Positions 41,549 through 51,720 of a stretch of DNA of 64,000 bases are shown here, piece by piece. Source of the stretch: an uncultured delta proteobacterium (GTDB lineage: Bacteria; Desulfobacterota; Binatia; UBA9968); contig CAVUVW010000016.1 in assembly GCA_963745035.1 (NCBI GenBank), forward strand, positions 64,001 through 128,000, written 5' to 3'. A model generated the notes under the pieces. The model was given only the letters and a program-made list of their open reading frames with translations. It searched no databases and was not told the origin of the DNA. The position numbers and the translations under genes were made by a program. The first letter of the stretch is position 1. The number at the start of each line of letters is the position of its first letter.

Positions 41549-42661
41549 TCAGCCGCGGACGGCGTTACGCGCCCTGTCCGAACCTCGGTGCAAACCGCCA
41601 AGTATCTCTTCGTTGTGTTCTCCGAGCTTCGGCGCCGGGTTCATTCGATTTTCCAAAACGCTCGCGATAGCGCCGTGTGGAAAATTGATTTTGCCGAATT
41701 CTGGATGGTCCATCTCGCTCAAGAAACCGCGCTCGAGCAATTGCGGATCGCCGACTAGATCGAGTGGTGTCGACACCGGCGAAGCAGGAAAGTGCAGGCG
41801 CTGCGCCTGCTCGACCAATTCGTTCTTGGTAAAGCGCTTGGCCCAGTCGTCCAGGCGCTGCATGATGAAATCCCGGTGCTTATGCTGGTTCTCTTCCTCC
41901 GCCAAGGACGGATCGGCGCTAAGCTCGGGATCTCCCACCCACTCGACGAACTTCGACCAGCGGCCCGGCCGGTGGATTTGGCTGATCACCCAGTGGCCGT
42001 CCTTGCATGGCATGGCGCCGGATACGGCGGTGATCGCGCCGCGACTGCCGCGGCGCTTCGTGATCGTGCCGGAAAACCGGTACTCGACCATCGCCTGTTC
42101 GACGAAGGATGCGAGCGAATCGCGGACGGAGACGGTCGCAAGCAAACCACGCCCGGCAGTGTTCCGCACGAGCAGCGCCGCAGCCGTGGCAACGGCCGCG
42201 TAGATACCGACGGCGAGATAGGGAACATGACCGCCCAAGGTGACCGGAGCGCGGTCGGGATGACCGGTCAAAGACATGAGGCCGGAGCGCGCCACTGCGC
42301 AAAGCTCCGGCGCATCGTCGACGATCTTGGTCAGCACAAGTTTCGGATTGGCCTTTAAGCAGGTTTCTTCGTCGAAGGGCAGCGAATCGTTGCCTATGAA
42401 AACGTCGGCTTGAGCGAGCAAATCGAGGAAACGTGTACGATCATCCGCCTCATCGAGATCCAACGTGACACTCTTTTTGCCGGCATTGAGAAACTGGTGA
42501 TAGGCGCCATGCTCAAGATCCTGCTTACCCCGTAAAAACGGCGGCAGCCGTCTCACCTCATCGCCTTCGGGCAGCTCGACGCGGACAACCTCATGGCCCG
42601 CTTCGGCGAAAAGCCGTGCGGCGTACGCCCCGGAAAGCGAGGTCAGGTCGATCACCCGCAT
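41549..42661 (-). CDS. Family III CoA-transferase (CaiB/BaiF), subunit apparently lacking the catalytic Asp
   Basis: RVIDL; GAYAARLFAEAG; LNAGKKSVTLDL; APKLGEHN. Confidence 0.88.
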   Translation of the reverse strand: MRVIDLTSLSGAYAARLFAEAGHEVVRVELPEGDEVRRLPPFLRGKQDLEHGAYHQFLNAGKKSVTLDLDEADDRTRFLDLLAQADVFIGNDSLPFDEETCLKANPKLVLTKIVDDAPELCAVARSGLMSLTGHPDRAPVTLGGHVPYLAVGIYAAVATAAALLVRNTAGRGLLATVSVRDSLASFVEQAMVEYRFSGTITKRRGSRGAITAVSGAMPCKDGHWVISQIHRPGRWSKFVEWVGDPELSADPSLAEEENQHKHRDFIMQRLDDWAKRFTKNELVEQAQRLHFPASPVSTPLDLVGDPQLLERGFLSEMDHPEFGKINFPHGAIASVLENRMNPAPKLGEHNEEILGGLHRGSDRARNAVRG

Positions 42662-42664
42662 GAT

Positions 42665-43210
42665 CTAACTCGCATCCTTTTTCTCAGCCGCGAACTTCTT
42701 GTCGGGAAACACAGCCAATGTGTGGCGCCGGCGCAAAACGATCTCTTGCTTGAAGTTGAGCACGTGTTCTTCCTGGCTGATGTAAATGCCCAGCCCTGCT
42801 TTCCCTTGCCGCGCAACGATATCGACGATGGTACTTTGGGTAGAAAGCTGCTCGCCGAGATACGCGGGCTGCACCCATTCGGTTTCAGAACCGGCGTTGC
42901 GCACGTTGGTGTATTCACTCGGCAGCGGCAGTTGCCGGCGCAGATCGGTCGGATCGGTATTCGCTCTTTCCGTCCCTTCCTTGAAGCTGAACGGCACCCA
43001 ACCGACCAGTGTCGGCGGCAGAATGCGGCCGCGATAACCTGCATTGCGCGCATAATCGTCGTCGAGCCACAACGGATTACTATCGCCGGTGGCGTCGACG
43101 TAGCGGCGCACGTCGGCGGCGCTGATCACTTCCAAATGGCCGCAGCGGTGTTTTTCGGCCGATCCAGCGCGCAACTCCGGTGTGATGATCGTTTCTATGG
43201 AATCTGTCAT
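42665..43210 (-). CDS. MaoC-family dehydratase N-terminal-type (hotdog) protein
   Basis: RRYVDATGDSNPLW; PPTL; NAGSETEW. Confidence 0.82.
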   Translation of the reverse strand: MTDSIETIITPELRAGSAEKHRCGHLEVISAADVRRYVDATGDSNPLWLDDDYARNAGYRGRILPPTLVGWVPFSFKEGTERANTDPTDLRRQLPLPSEYTNVRNAGSETEWVQPAYLGEQLSTQSTIVDIVARQGKAGLGIYISQEEHVLNFKQEIVLRRRHTLAVFPDKKFAAEKKDAS

Positions 43211-44418
43211 CTGAGAGCCTGATGTCGTTCGAGTTCTTCGATTTCTCCTGCGGAACAATCCAGCCACTCGCGCAGAACTTCGCGGCTGTGCTCGCCCAGG
43301 CCGGGCGCGCTGCGCGGAGCGGGCAGATCGACGAAGGACAAAGTGAACGGCAGCCTGGTCGTCAACATCGAGCCGACCCGAGGCTCGATCATATCTGCAA
43401 AGACCGCGGATGCGTCCGGCGAGTCGATGGCCTCGTCGATCCGGCGTACCCGCTCAGCCTGGATACCTGCCTCGCGCACGCGTTGTTCGACGTCTTCTTT
43501 TAGTAACTGCTTGGTCCAAGCTGAGATAGCTTCGTCGATCTCATCGTGGCGCTCCATGCGATCCGCGGCCGAAGCGAAGCGCGGATCGGCCGCCCAACTT
43601 GGCCGTCCGATGAGGCTAGCCAGTGCCTGCCATTGTCCGGCGTTCTCGACCGACAATGCGCACCAATTGTCGGTCCCGGCGCAAGGATAGACACCTTGCG
43701 GTGCGTATTGCTCGGAGCGGTTTCCCAGCCGGCTTGGGGCTGTCCCGTCCACGGCGCTCTTCAACAACAACGCGCCAATCATCGCCGCGCTGCATTCGAA
43801 CTGGCTGAGATCGATCCGCGTTCCATGGCCTGTTTCGCGCCGCTCATCGACGGCTTGAACAATCGCGAAACACGCGTGCAGGCCGCCGATGTAGTCATTC
43901 CATGAATTGGAGATCGCCGTCGGCGGATCGCCTTCAGCGCCTGAGACCATCATCAGGCCGCTGTAGCCTTGGAGATTCATGTTCATGCTAGTCCAGTCGC
44001 GACGCGGGCCGTCATGGCCGTAGCCGGACATGCTGATATAGATGAGTTTGGGATGAGCCGCGCTCAATCGCTCGTAGCCGAGTCCGAGCCGGTCCATCAC
44101 CCCGGCGCTGAAATTTTCGATGACGATATCCGCCGCCGCGGACAAGCGCGCCGCGATTCGTTGCCCGGCTTCGTTCTTCAAGTCGACCGCGACGGACCGT
44201 TTGCTGCGGTTGGTATTCAAGTACGAAGCATGGCGTTTATCCTCGCTGACAAAAGTCGAAGGCCAGGGATGATCCGGATGCTTGCTGCTTTCGATCCTTA
44301 CGACGTCTGCGCCGAGATCGGCGAGCAGGCGCGTGCAAAAAGGACCGGCGAGCACGTGAGTGAAATCCAGCACGCGAATACCGGCGAGCGGCGCAGGAAT
44401 GTTTTCGTCACCGGACAT
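43207..44418 (-). CDS. Family III CoA-transferase (CaiB/BaiF)
   Basis: PLAGIRVLDFTHVLAGPFCTRLLADLGADV; NRSKRS; ENFSAGVMDRLGL; WNDYIGG. Confidence 0.92.
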   Translation of the reverse strand: MSGDENIPAPLAGIRVLDFTHVLAGPFCTRLLADLGADVVRIESSKHPDHPWPSTFVSEDKRHASYLNTNRSKRSVAVDLKNEAGQRIAARLSAAADIVIENFSAGVMDRLGLGYERLSAAHPKLIYISMSGYGHDGPRRDWTSMNMNLQGYSGLMMVSGAEGDPPTAISNSWNDYIGGLHACFAIVQAVDERRETGHGTRIDLSQFECSAAMIGALLLKSAVDGTAPSRLGNRSEQYAPQGVYPCAGTDNWCALSVENAGQWQALASLIGRPSWAADPRFASAADRMERHDEIDEAISAWTKQLLKEDVEQRVREAGIQAERVRRIDEAIDSPDASAVFADMIEPRVGSMLTTRLPFTLSFVDLPAPRSAPGLGEHSREVLREWLDCSAGEIEELERHQALR

Positions 44419-44422
44419 GCTT

Positions 44423-45394
44423 TTACCGAAGGTTCAACTCTTTTTGTGCCTGCCCGAGCAGATCGCGGCTGGCCACTTGCGAAAGGGGAATTTCTTTTTT
44501 GACCGGGCCGCGATCGAGCTCGTATTGGATCAGGTCGCGCAAAGCCTGATCGCTCAAACTGCCGTCGGCGCTGTAGCACGGCAGATAGTTCTCGAAGGCC
44601 GCGCGCGTGGTGGCGGGATCCATGCGCAGCCACTTGGAAGCGATGGCGACGGATTCTTCCTGGTGCTCACGAATGAACTTGAGCGCTTCGATGCTGCCCT
44701 TGATCGTTCGCTTCACTTGATCGGGAGACTGCTTGAGCTTTCTGTCTGAGACAACGATTGCGTTTTGCGTCAGCGGCACATGGTCGCGGCTCCAGAGCAG
44801 AACTTTATAGCCCTTTTTGGCGCCGAAGATATCAAAGGGCGAAGAAAGAATGCTCGCTTCGATTTTTCCCGCGTCCATGGCCTGAAGTCGCGCCGCATTG
44901 TCGCCGGCTGGCAAGAGATTGACGTCTTTTCCCGGCTCCATGCCGGCGCGGCGAAACAACGTCACTGTCGTCAAGTAGGCTTGGCTGCCGAAGGTGCTGA
45001 TGCCGATGGTCTTGCCGCGCAGGTCGGTTAGTTTTTGGACGTTGGATTTGACGAGCAAAAGATAGCCGAGTTTGTCCTGTGTCGTCATGATCAGTTTGAT
45101 CGGCAGTCCCTTGATCGCGCCCGATATACCCGGACCCGTGCAAACCGCGTAGTCGAGGTCCTCGGAAAGAAGCGCGTTGGTGGCGATCGCGCAGGCGATC
45201 TGCACATGCTCGGTTGCAAGGCCCTGTTTGGCGTAGAAGCCCTTCCTCTCAGCGACGACTGTGGGCAAAAAGCCCAGCGATGCCGTTGAAATACCGATGC
45301 GGACCCGCTCTTGCGCACGGACGTTCGAGGCGAGCGAAACCCAAGACAAAACTCCGCACGCGAACAACAGCAAAAGAGCTTTTCGGAAGTTCAT
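44423..45394 (-). CDS. ABC transporter substrate-binding protein (SsuA/NMT1-like)
   Basis: Signal peptide; VAERKGFY; DLRGKTIGIS; PGKDV. Confidence 0.88.
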   Translation of the reverse strand: MNFRKALLLLFACGVLSWVSLASNVRAQERVRIGISTASLGFLPTVVAERKGFYAKQGLATEHVQIACAIATNALLSEDLDYAVCTGPGISGAIKGLPIKLIMTTQDKLGYLLLVKSNVQKLTDLRGKTIGISTFGSQAYLTTVTLFRRAGMEPGKDVNLLPAGDNAARLQAMDAGKIEASILSSPFDIFGAKKGYKVLLWSRDHVPLTQNAIVVSDRKLKQSPDQVKRTIKGSIEALKFIREHQEESVAIASKWLRMDPATTRAAFENYLPCYSADGSLSDQALRDLIQYELDRGPVKKEIPLSQVASRDLLGQAQKELNLR

Positions 45395-45415
45395 AATGGT
45401 TGTCTCTGCCGGAAT

Positions 45416-46469
45416 CTATTTCGCCACTTTTGCAAAGAAACCTTCGTTGTCGAGTTCTTTAATGAGAGAGGCGTCAAAGAAATCCGTGGCTTTCATGCCC
45501 TCCAGCTTGGGTGTCGTCTCGCGTAGGTCTTCGATGCTCGCCTGGATCGAATCCTCGCGCGGATAGGGTTTGGCGGGAATGGCTTCCATAAATTGCACCC
45601 GATAGGTGAAGTCCAACAGCTTCGGATTATCGACGCGCATGTACTTGCGGAAACACTTGATAGGCGAGCTCGCGGTTTCTCCTGCCGGCGGCAATCGCTT
45701 CGCCATATGCCATGAAAAACGCTTTGAGGCGCGGACGCAGCTCCTTCAAATTCTGTCGCGTGGTATTAAGCTCACTGCCCGGGGCCGGCACACCGAAGTC
45801 CTTGGGCTCGCCCAAGACCGAGATCTTCTGGCCACCCAGTTCGGAGAACTGAAAAATCTTATCGGCCTCGCCGATGGTTGCGTCGATCTTTCCTTGAAAC
45901 ATCAGTTGTATGCGTTTGTCCGACTCGCTGACGCCGGTCGGTATCAGCGACACATCTTTGCCCAACGTCAATCCGAGTTTCGCGAGAATCCGGCGCAGCA
46001 GAAAATCGGTGCCGGCGCCGATCCGGCTGCTGCCGACGGTTTTTCCTCTGAGCTCCGCCGGCGTTTTTATCGACGGCACCGCAATCAGTTGATAGGGGAG
46101 AATGCCGTTGGTGGAAACAGTGACTACCGGAGCCCCGCGCGCGCCTGCGCCGACCACGCCCGAGCTCGAATCGGTGGTGAGATGCACGTTGCCGGCAAGC
46201 AGTGCCGTGAGTGAAACGCTGCCTGCGGCGATACTGACGAGCTTCACGTCCAGGCCATATTTTTCGTAGAGCCCGGTTTCCTTGGCTATCCAAAGCGGCG
46301 CCCGATTGCCGGTGGTCGAGCTGTACGAAACGATCAGCGGCTCGAGTTTCTTTTCTTGGGCGATGCTTAGACCGCCGCTTGGAGCCAGAGTGGCCCAAAA
46401 GACGAGCACGAGGGCAAATGCTATCACAGCCAATCTCCCCGATGAGCGCGAGATCCGAACCTTTGCCAT
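45416..46469 (-). CDS. ABC transporter substrate-binding protein (frameshift near 45652)
   Basis: PLWIAKETGLYEKYGL; GSSRIGAGTDF; C-terminus FRKYMRVD...DFFDASL in second ORF. Confidence 0.82.
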
Positions 46470-46676
46470 AAATAGGCTATTTGGTTTGCGCAGTCCCATC
46501 GCGATCGTGTTGCTGCGCAAGATATGAGAGCGGGAGCTGGGCGCGCTATTGGACGGCCGGCTGCTCAAGCAGTGGCGCCGCCCGTCTTCCTTCGAAATGA
46601 TGGCACAAGCGTAGCCGCAGCCATTCCGCCGGCCTGAGTCCGTCCACCCGGCGGACGTTGTACCTGAATCCCACGA

Positions 46677-47735
46677 TTATTTACGCACCGTCATCCAATC
46701 ATCCGGCTTCGCCGTCTTTTTCAGCGATTCGGCGAGCTCTTTGAGGTACTCGTCCTGCTCCTTGGGCGTGTAGAGAGCCAGAGAACCGTCGGCGTTCTTC
46801 GGTATGCCGCCGATAAAGTGAAAGGCGTGGCCGTCCCAATCGTAAAACTCGTCGCCGCGTTGATAGATCTCTTTCCATTTGTAGCCGACCGGGCTGCGGT
46901 GCAAACCGGTGCGCGCCGGAAAGTTGTCTTCCTTGTCTCGGGAGTCGTTGAGATGTTCTTTGGCCCCGGCTTCTTCCGGAAGCCCTTCCCACATGCGGCG
47001 GTAGTTGGGGAAGAATTCCTCGTCGCGCACCGTGAAAGCGGTGTGCATGTCCCACCACGGACTATGGCCGGCGATGCGTTCGTCGAGCTGATCGACGAGT
47101 TTGTAGATGAGCCGAGCGCCCCCGCGCATGCGCAGCACCAGTGTCCCCTCGGCGGTCTGAGCATTGCGCTCCATTTCCATGCCGCAATATTTCTCGAAGA
47201 AATCCGCGGTTCTCGCCAGGTCGCGCGAACCATAAACGCAATGGCTGATGCGGCCGACGTTTTCCGACGTGCGCACTTCCATCGCGCCTGCCGGCATATT
47301 GACCGGCGCCCAGAACTCATATTGATTGCCGTCCGGATCGGCGAAGCAAACCACTGTGCCTTCCTCGCCATCCGCGGCTGTTTTCATAGGACCCGTATGC
47401 GGGATCTTGTGCTCGTCGAGCCGCCGCAGGTGGCGATCGATGTCCTCGGGTCTGACATAAAAACCGCAGCGCGGCAGGTCCTTGCCCAGTTCTTTCGCCG
47501 ACGGGTAATTCTCCGGCTGAAGGAACGCGCCGATGCGGCAGGACTCGTCGTCCCACCACATGAAACAAAAAATCGGCGTATTCTTTTTACGCATATTGGT
47601 GGTGAGACCATTGATCGGCCGGATCGGCAAACCGGTGGCATGGTTCGCCCAGTAACTCCAGGCGGGTAAATTGTTGGTACCGACAACATGGTGGTCGATC
47701 CAGTGTACGGCCCCTTTGGGTTCAACGCTCTTCAT
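46677..47735 (-). CDS. Two-domain VOC (glyoxalase/extradiol dioxygenase superfamily) protein
   Basis: IDHHVV; FADPDGNQYE; RISHCVY; FYDWDGHAFH. Confidence 0.8.
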   Translation of the reverse strand: MKSVEPKGAVHWIDHHVVGTNNLPAWSYWANHATGLPIRPINGLTTNMRKKNTPIFCFMWWDDESCRIGAFLQPENYPSAKELGKDLPRCGFYVRPEDIDRHLRRLDEHKIPHTGPMKTAADGEEGTVVCFADPDGNQYEFWAPVNMPAGAMEVRTSENVGRISHCVYGSRDLARTADFFEKYCGMEMERNAQTAEGTLVLRMRGGARLIYKLVDQLDERIAGHSPWWDMHTAFTVRDEEFFPNYRRMWEGLPEEAGAKEHLNDSRDKEDNFPARTGLHRSPVGYKWKEIYQRGDEFYDWDGHAFHFIGGIPKNADGSLALYTPKEQDEYLKELAESLKKTAKPDDWMTVRK

Positions 47736-47903
47736 AGAAATCCTCCTCCAATCGGTGCTTCAACCGATGTGCGAGCGGTACCAAAGAGGGCAATGGGTGT
47801 CAAGCACGAGCCGTAAGGATCGTCGCTCTCTTTTGTTGCCGGCGCAGAAATGAAATAACCAGTGTGCGCCGCGGCGTTACGATCAAGATCTTTGGAGTTG
47901 AGC

Positions 47904-48989
47904 ATGGCGATGTATGACGGCGAAGTCGGCTTGCAGTTCACTACGCATCTGGCCAAGCGTTATTCGGTGCCGCAGTGGGTCGAGCTCGCGGAGTTTGCCC
48001 GTGAGCGTGGCTTTGCGCAGCTCTGGATCAACGACAATCTCGGTCACCGCAATATTTTCGTGATTCTAACCGCTATCGCCGCGCGGGTGCCGATCAAGCT
48101 CGGCACGGCGATTTTTGTGCCGTATTTCCGAAATCCGATCGACGCAGCGGACGCGTTCGCATCAGTGTCCGAGCTCATGGACGGCCGCGAGATCAGTGTC
48201 GGCATCGCGCGCGGCGACTACGCGCAGGCCGGCAACCAAATCCATCTGGTCAAGCCGATCGCCATGGTGAGAGAAACGGTTGAATGCCTGACAAGATTAT
48301 TTCAGGGAGAGACGGTTTGCTACGGCGACTATCCGGCGCTGTCGGCCTACTTCAATCTCCGTCCCCAATCGAGAATACAGCTCGGCATGCAACCGCAATC
48401 GCCGATTCGATTTTACTGCGGCGGCAACGGACCAAAGATCATGGAAATCGCCGGGCGCGTCATGGACGGGATTCTCATCGGCGGTTTTTTCATTCCGCTG
48501 GTGCGCAGCGGCAAATTGGCCGGGCTGCTGGAGCAAACCGAGCGCGGACGAGTCGCCGCGGGCAGGCGAAGCCCTCTGCGCAAAGTCTGCGAAATCAATA
48601 TTTCGGTTTCCCAGGACTACGAAAAGGCGCGGGCCTTTCCGAAGCGATATATCGCGCACATGCTGGTGGTGCTCGAAGCCATGGGTTTCTCAGCAGAGGA
48701 GTTTGCCGTTTTGGGAATCGAGCGCGAAACCGTCCTGCGCATCAAAAACGCCTTTGAAGCGGGCGGGACGATCGAAGACGTCGCGGCGTTGATCACCGAT
48801 CAAATGGTCGATGCCGGATTCATCGCCGGCACGCCGCGCGACTGCGCCACCGCGCTCGAAGAGATGTGCGCTCGCGCGCAGGAATTCGGCTTCGATCAGA
48901 TTTGCCTGGCCAAGCTTGGTCCGGATTACGAAGAGGCGATCACGCTGCTGTCGCGCGATCTGCTGCCGGGGATTGTCCGCGATATCTAG
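47904..48989 (+). CDS. LLM-class flavin (possibly F420)-dependent oxidoreductase
   Basis: GFAQLWIND; IKLGTAI; GPKIMEIAGRVMDG. Confidence 0.85.
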   Translation: MAMYDGEVGLQFTTHLAKRYSVPQWVELAEFARERGFAQLWINDNLGHRNIFVILTAIAARVPIKLGTAIFVPYFRNPIDAADAFASVSELMDGREISVGIARGDYAQAGNQIHLVKPIAMVRETVECLTRLFQGETVCYGDYPALSAYFNLRPQSRIQLGMQPQSPIRFYCGGNGPKIMEIAGRVMDGILIGGFFIPLVRSGKLAGLLEQTERGRVAAGRRSPLRKVCEINISVSQDYEKARAFPKRYIAHMLVVLEAMGFSAEEFAVLGIERETVLRIKNAFEAGGTIEDVAALITDQMVDAGFIAGTPRDCATALEEMCARAQEFGFDQICLAKLGPDYEEAITLLSRDLLPGIVRDI

Positions 48990-49016
48990 TGCCCCATAGC
49001 AAAAAGAAAAAGACCT

Positions 49017-49108
49017 TTCACCACGAAGGGCCGAAGGACACGAAGGGGTCGATGTGGAGGCGGGTTTGAAATCAGCTTCGACAAAAAATTGGTGCTCTTC
49101 GTGAACTC
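49017..49108. repeat. CACGAAG nonamer repeat enclosing a degenerate GTAG-type REP
   Basis: TTCACCACGAAGGGCCGAAGGACACGAAG; GTGGAGGCGGGTTTGAAATCAGCTTCGAC; GTGCTCTTCGTGAA. Confidence 0.65.
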
Positions 49109-49299
49109 CTTCGAAAGTACGGGTGCGGATTGGTAGCGTCTGGCGGAATAGCGGTTGGGGGTCCGTCATACCCGCGAAAGCGGGTATCTAGGCTAATCCG
49201 GCGAGAACCAAACCTGGATTCCCGCGTGCGCGGGAATGACTACCGAAGCAAAATCGTACCTACTTTCATTATCTGTGGGCGTGCGTAAGCTATGAATCA
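49109..49299 (-). repeat. Composite REP-pair element, copy 3 (intact, reverse orientation)
   Basis: Minus strand TTCATAGCTTACGCACGCCCACAGATAATGAAA...GTCATTCCCGCGCACGCGGGAATCCAGG...TAGATACCCGCTTTCGCGGGTATGACG...GCACCCGTACTTTCGAAG. Confidence 0.88.
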
Positions 49300-49373
49300 C
49301 TCCGTAGTCGGATGGAATTATCGGTACAGGTGTCATTCCCGAATACGATGAGCACAAGTTCAGAGGAGATGAA

Positions 49374-50342
49374 ATGACGAAGATGAATGCGCGGATGATG
49401 CGCACCAAGATGGCGCTGGAAGTCGCCGCGGAGCTTTATACCCGGCGCATGTTCAGCATGGGAAATGTGGCGACGGTCGCGATTCAACCCAGCTCGCGGG
49501 AGGAACAGTTTCCGGGCGTGACCATGGGCATCAACGGTGATCTCATGGGCGGTATGAAAGCGCCTCTCGAAGTCGGCAAGAGGCGGGTCGATGTTGCCTT
49601 CATCAATCCCTCGGCGATCGTGACGATGGCCTACCGCGGCAAGGGATTTTACCGAGAGAAGCTGCCGCTCAGAGCGCTGGCCTCGTTCCCATCCTGGGAC
49701 AAAATGGTTTTCGCCGTCGCCAAGAAACTTCAGGTTAAGTCGCTCCGCGACATCGCCGAGAGAAAAATTCCCCTGAAAGTCTCCACCCGTTCCTCCGGCG
49801 TTTACAACACGACGGCGTACACCGTCGAAAAGATTCTTTCCCTGTACGGCTTGTCCTTTGCCAAGATCAAGCGTTGGGGCGGACGCGTGCACGAATCGCC
49901 ACGCCCGACCTCCCCTGAGAGACTCCAAGGCATTCGCAGCGGCAAGGTAAACGCGGTGTTCGATGAAGGCATCCACAATTGGCTGGAGGAGGCACTCGAG
50001 TACGACTTCGACGTGTTGCCGCTGGAACCGTCGATGATCAAGTCTTTGGAAGCGCTCGGCTATCGACGATCGGTCCTTCCCGCCTCAAAGTTTGAGAAAC
50101 TTCCGAGGGACGTCGAGACGATCGACTTCAGCGGCTGGCCGCTGATCACCCATCGCTGGCTCGATAGCAATCTGGCCTATGCGATTTGTGAGGCAATCGA
50201 TGCGCGGCAAAACGTCATCCCGGTGGACGACGACAAGCCGCTGGATATGAGGCCGTTGTGCCGGGCGACGGAATCGGCGCCACTCGATATTCCGCTGCAT
50301 CCCGGCGCGAAGAGATACTATGAAGAGAAGGAATATTTGTAG
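49374..50342 (+). CDS. TAXI-family TRAP solute-binding-like protein, no obvious signal peptide
   Basis: PLRALA; SLRDI; terminal IPLHPGAKRYYEEK. Confidence 0.8.
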   Translation: MTKMNARMMRTKMALEVAAELYTRRMFSMGNVATVAIQPSSREEQFPGVTMGINGDLMGGMKAPLEVGKRRVDVAFINPSAIVTMAYRGKGFYREKLPLRALASFPSWDKMVFAVAKKLQVKSLRDIAERKIPLKVSTRSSGVYNTTAYTVEKILSLYGLSFAKIKRWGGRVHESPRPTSPERLQGIRSGKVNAVFDEGIHNWLEEALEYDFDVLPLEPSMIKSLEALGYRRSVLPASKFEKLPRDVETIDFSGWPLITHRWLDSNLAYAICEAIDARQNVIPVDDDKPLDMRPLCRATESAPLDIPLHPGAKRYYEEKEYL

Positions 50343-50439
50343 CGGAAGCGATTCACTGAACGTGCGCGCGATGTTGTCATGATGAATCAGGTTCGCGGCT
50401 GAGCTGGCGTGAGAGCGGCAAGGACAGGAAAGGGTTTGT

Positions 50440-50468
50440 GTAGGGGCGGGTTTGAAATCCGCCCCTAC
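50440..50468. repeat. GTAG-type REP palindrome, between convergent genes (may act as terminator)
   Basis: GTAGGGGCGGGTTTGAAATCCGCCCCTAC. Confidence 0.85.
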
Positions 50469-50500
50469 AAAGAAGTTCGCGGTTGGAATGACCCATAACG

Positions 50501-51622
50501 TTACATCGCGTAGTACGAGACGCAGTTATCCCAAAGAATTTTCCGCTTGTCGGTTTCGGACAGCGGCAGCCGGAGAAAATGGTTCACCGCTTCGGGATAG
50601 CGCGAATCGACGTGCGGGTAGTCGGTGGAAAAAACCAGATTTGCGTTGCCGACCTGCGTGATCACGTTGTTGGCGATGACTTCATCGGGCTCGATCGAAA
50701 CGACGCAGTGTCGTTTGAAGTATTCGCTGGGCTTCATTTTGAGATCGGGCGCGAAGACGTCGCCGTCGAGCTCCCAGGCCTCATCGAGCCGCCAGAGCAG
50801 CCACGGCAGCCAACTGCAATTCGCTTCCAAAAATGCGACGCGTAGCTTTGGATGGCGCGCGAACACGCCGCCGGCGCAGAAGCAGCCAAGCGCGAGCATC
50901 TGCTCGAACGGCTGGGCGTACACCCGGCGCAGCATGAAGTTGGGCTCGAGGCGCTCGCCGATCTGATTCTTGCCGGTGCCCGTCGATTCATGAAATCCAA
51001 GGGAAAGATTGAGCGCCTCCAAGGCGTCCCACAGCGGGTCGTAATATTCGCTTTGCCACTGGTGATCGACTAACGGATTGGCGCGCAAAAACACGGCGCG
51101 GAAGCCGAGATCTTCGGCGCAGCGGCGCGCCTCGCTCACGGCGTCGTCCATGCTGTAGGGCGAGATCATACCCGCGCCGATGAGCCGTTTCGGATCTCGA
51201 CGGCAAAAATCGTACATCCAATCGTTGTAAGCGCGCGCCATCGCCGCGGCGAACTCGGTATCCAAGCGCTCGTCTACCAGCGCGCGCAAGCCCCGCGTTG
51301 GGTAGAGGACGGCGACATCGATGCCCTCGATATCCATCGCTTCGAGTTGAACTTCCGAGGTCCAGCCGCGCGCCGCGTCCTTGCCGAAGATATCCTGCTT
51401 TTCTTCGAAGTTTTTGCCCCGCGCCGTGTTGTTCTGCGGCGTGGATTTGCGCGCCCATTCGGTGCCGTCGGGATGAGCGAGACGAAGATCGCGCACATTC
51501 TTGCTGGTGATGCCGCGCGGCGCCCGCGATTTGAATCTCGCGTCGATGTACTTTTCCCAAAGGTCGGGCGGCTCCATGATATGCATGTCGCTATCGATGA
51601 TTTTGAAACCATTTTTTGCCAT
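50501..51622 (-). CDS. Amidohydrolase family 2 protein
   Basis: IIDSDMHIMEP; AVLYPT; FLEANCSW; FSTDYPHVD. Confidence 0.92.
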   Translation of the reverse strand: MAKNGFKIIDSDMHIMEPPDLWEKYIDARFKSRAPRGITSKNVRDLRLAHPDGTEWARKSTPQNNTARGKNFEEKQDIFGKDAARGWTSEVQLEAMDIEGIDVAVLYPTRGLRALVDERLDTEFAAAMARAYNDWMYDFCRRDPKRLIGAGMISPYSMDDAVSEARRCAEDLGFRAVFLRANPLVDHQWQSEYYDPLWDALEALNLSLGFHESTGTGKNQIGERLEPNFMLRRVYAQPFEQMLALGCFCAGGVFARHPKLRVAFLEANCSWLPWLLWRLDEAWELDGDVFAPDLKMKPSEYFKRHCVVSIEPDEVIANNVITQVGNANLVFSTDYPHVDSRYPEAVNHFLRLPLSETDKRKILWDNCVSYYAM

Positions 51623-51651
51623 TGCTCATTTCTCCGAAGTGTAAATGTTAG

Positions 51652-51719
51652 TCCCGAGTCTTCAGCGTCTAGAGTCTCGAGTTTTGATAACCCGAGACGC
51701 GAGACTCTAAACTCCAGAC
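51652..51719. repeat. Inverted heptamer repeat (GTCTCGA / CGAGACN)
   Basis: gtcccga...gtctaga gtctcga...cccgaga cgcgaga ctctaaa ctccaga; second copy at 53918-53999. Confidence 0.7.
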
Positions 51720-51720
51720 A

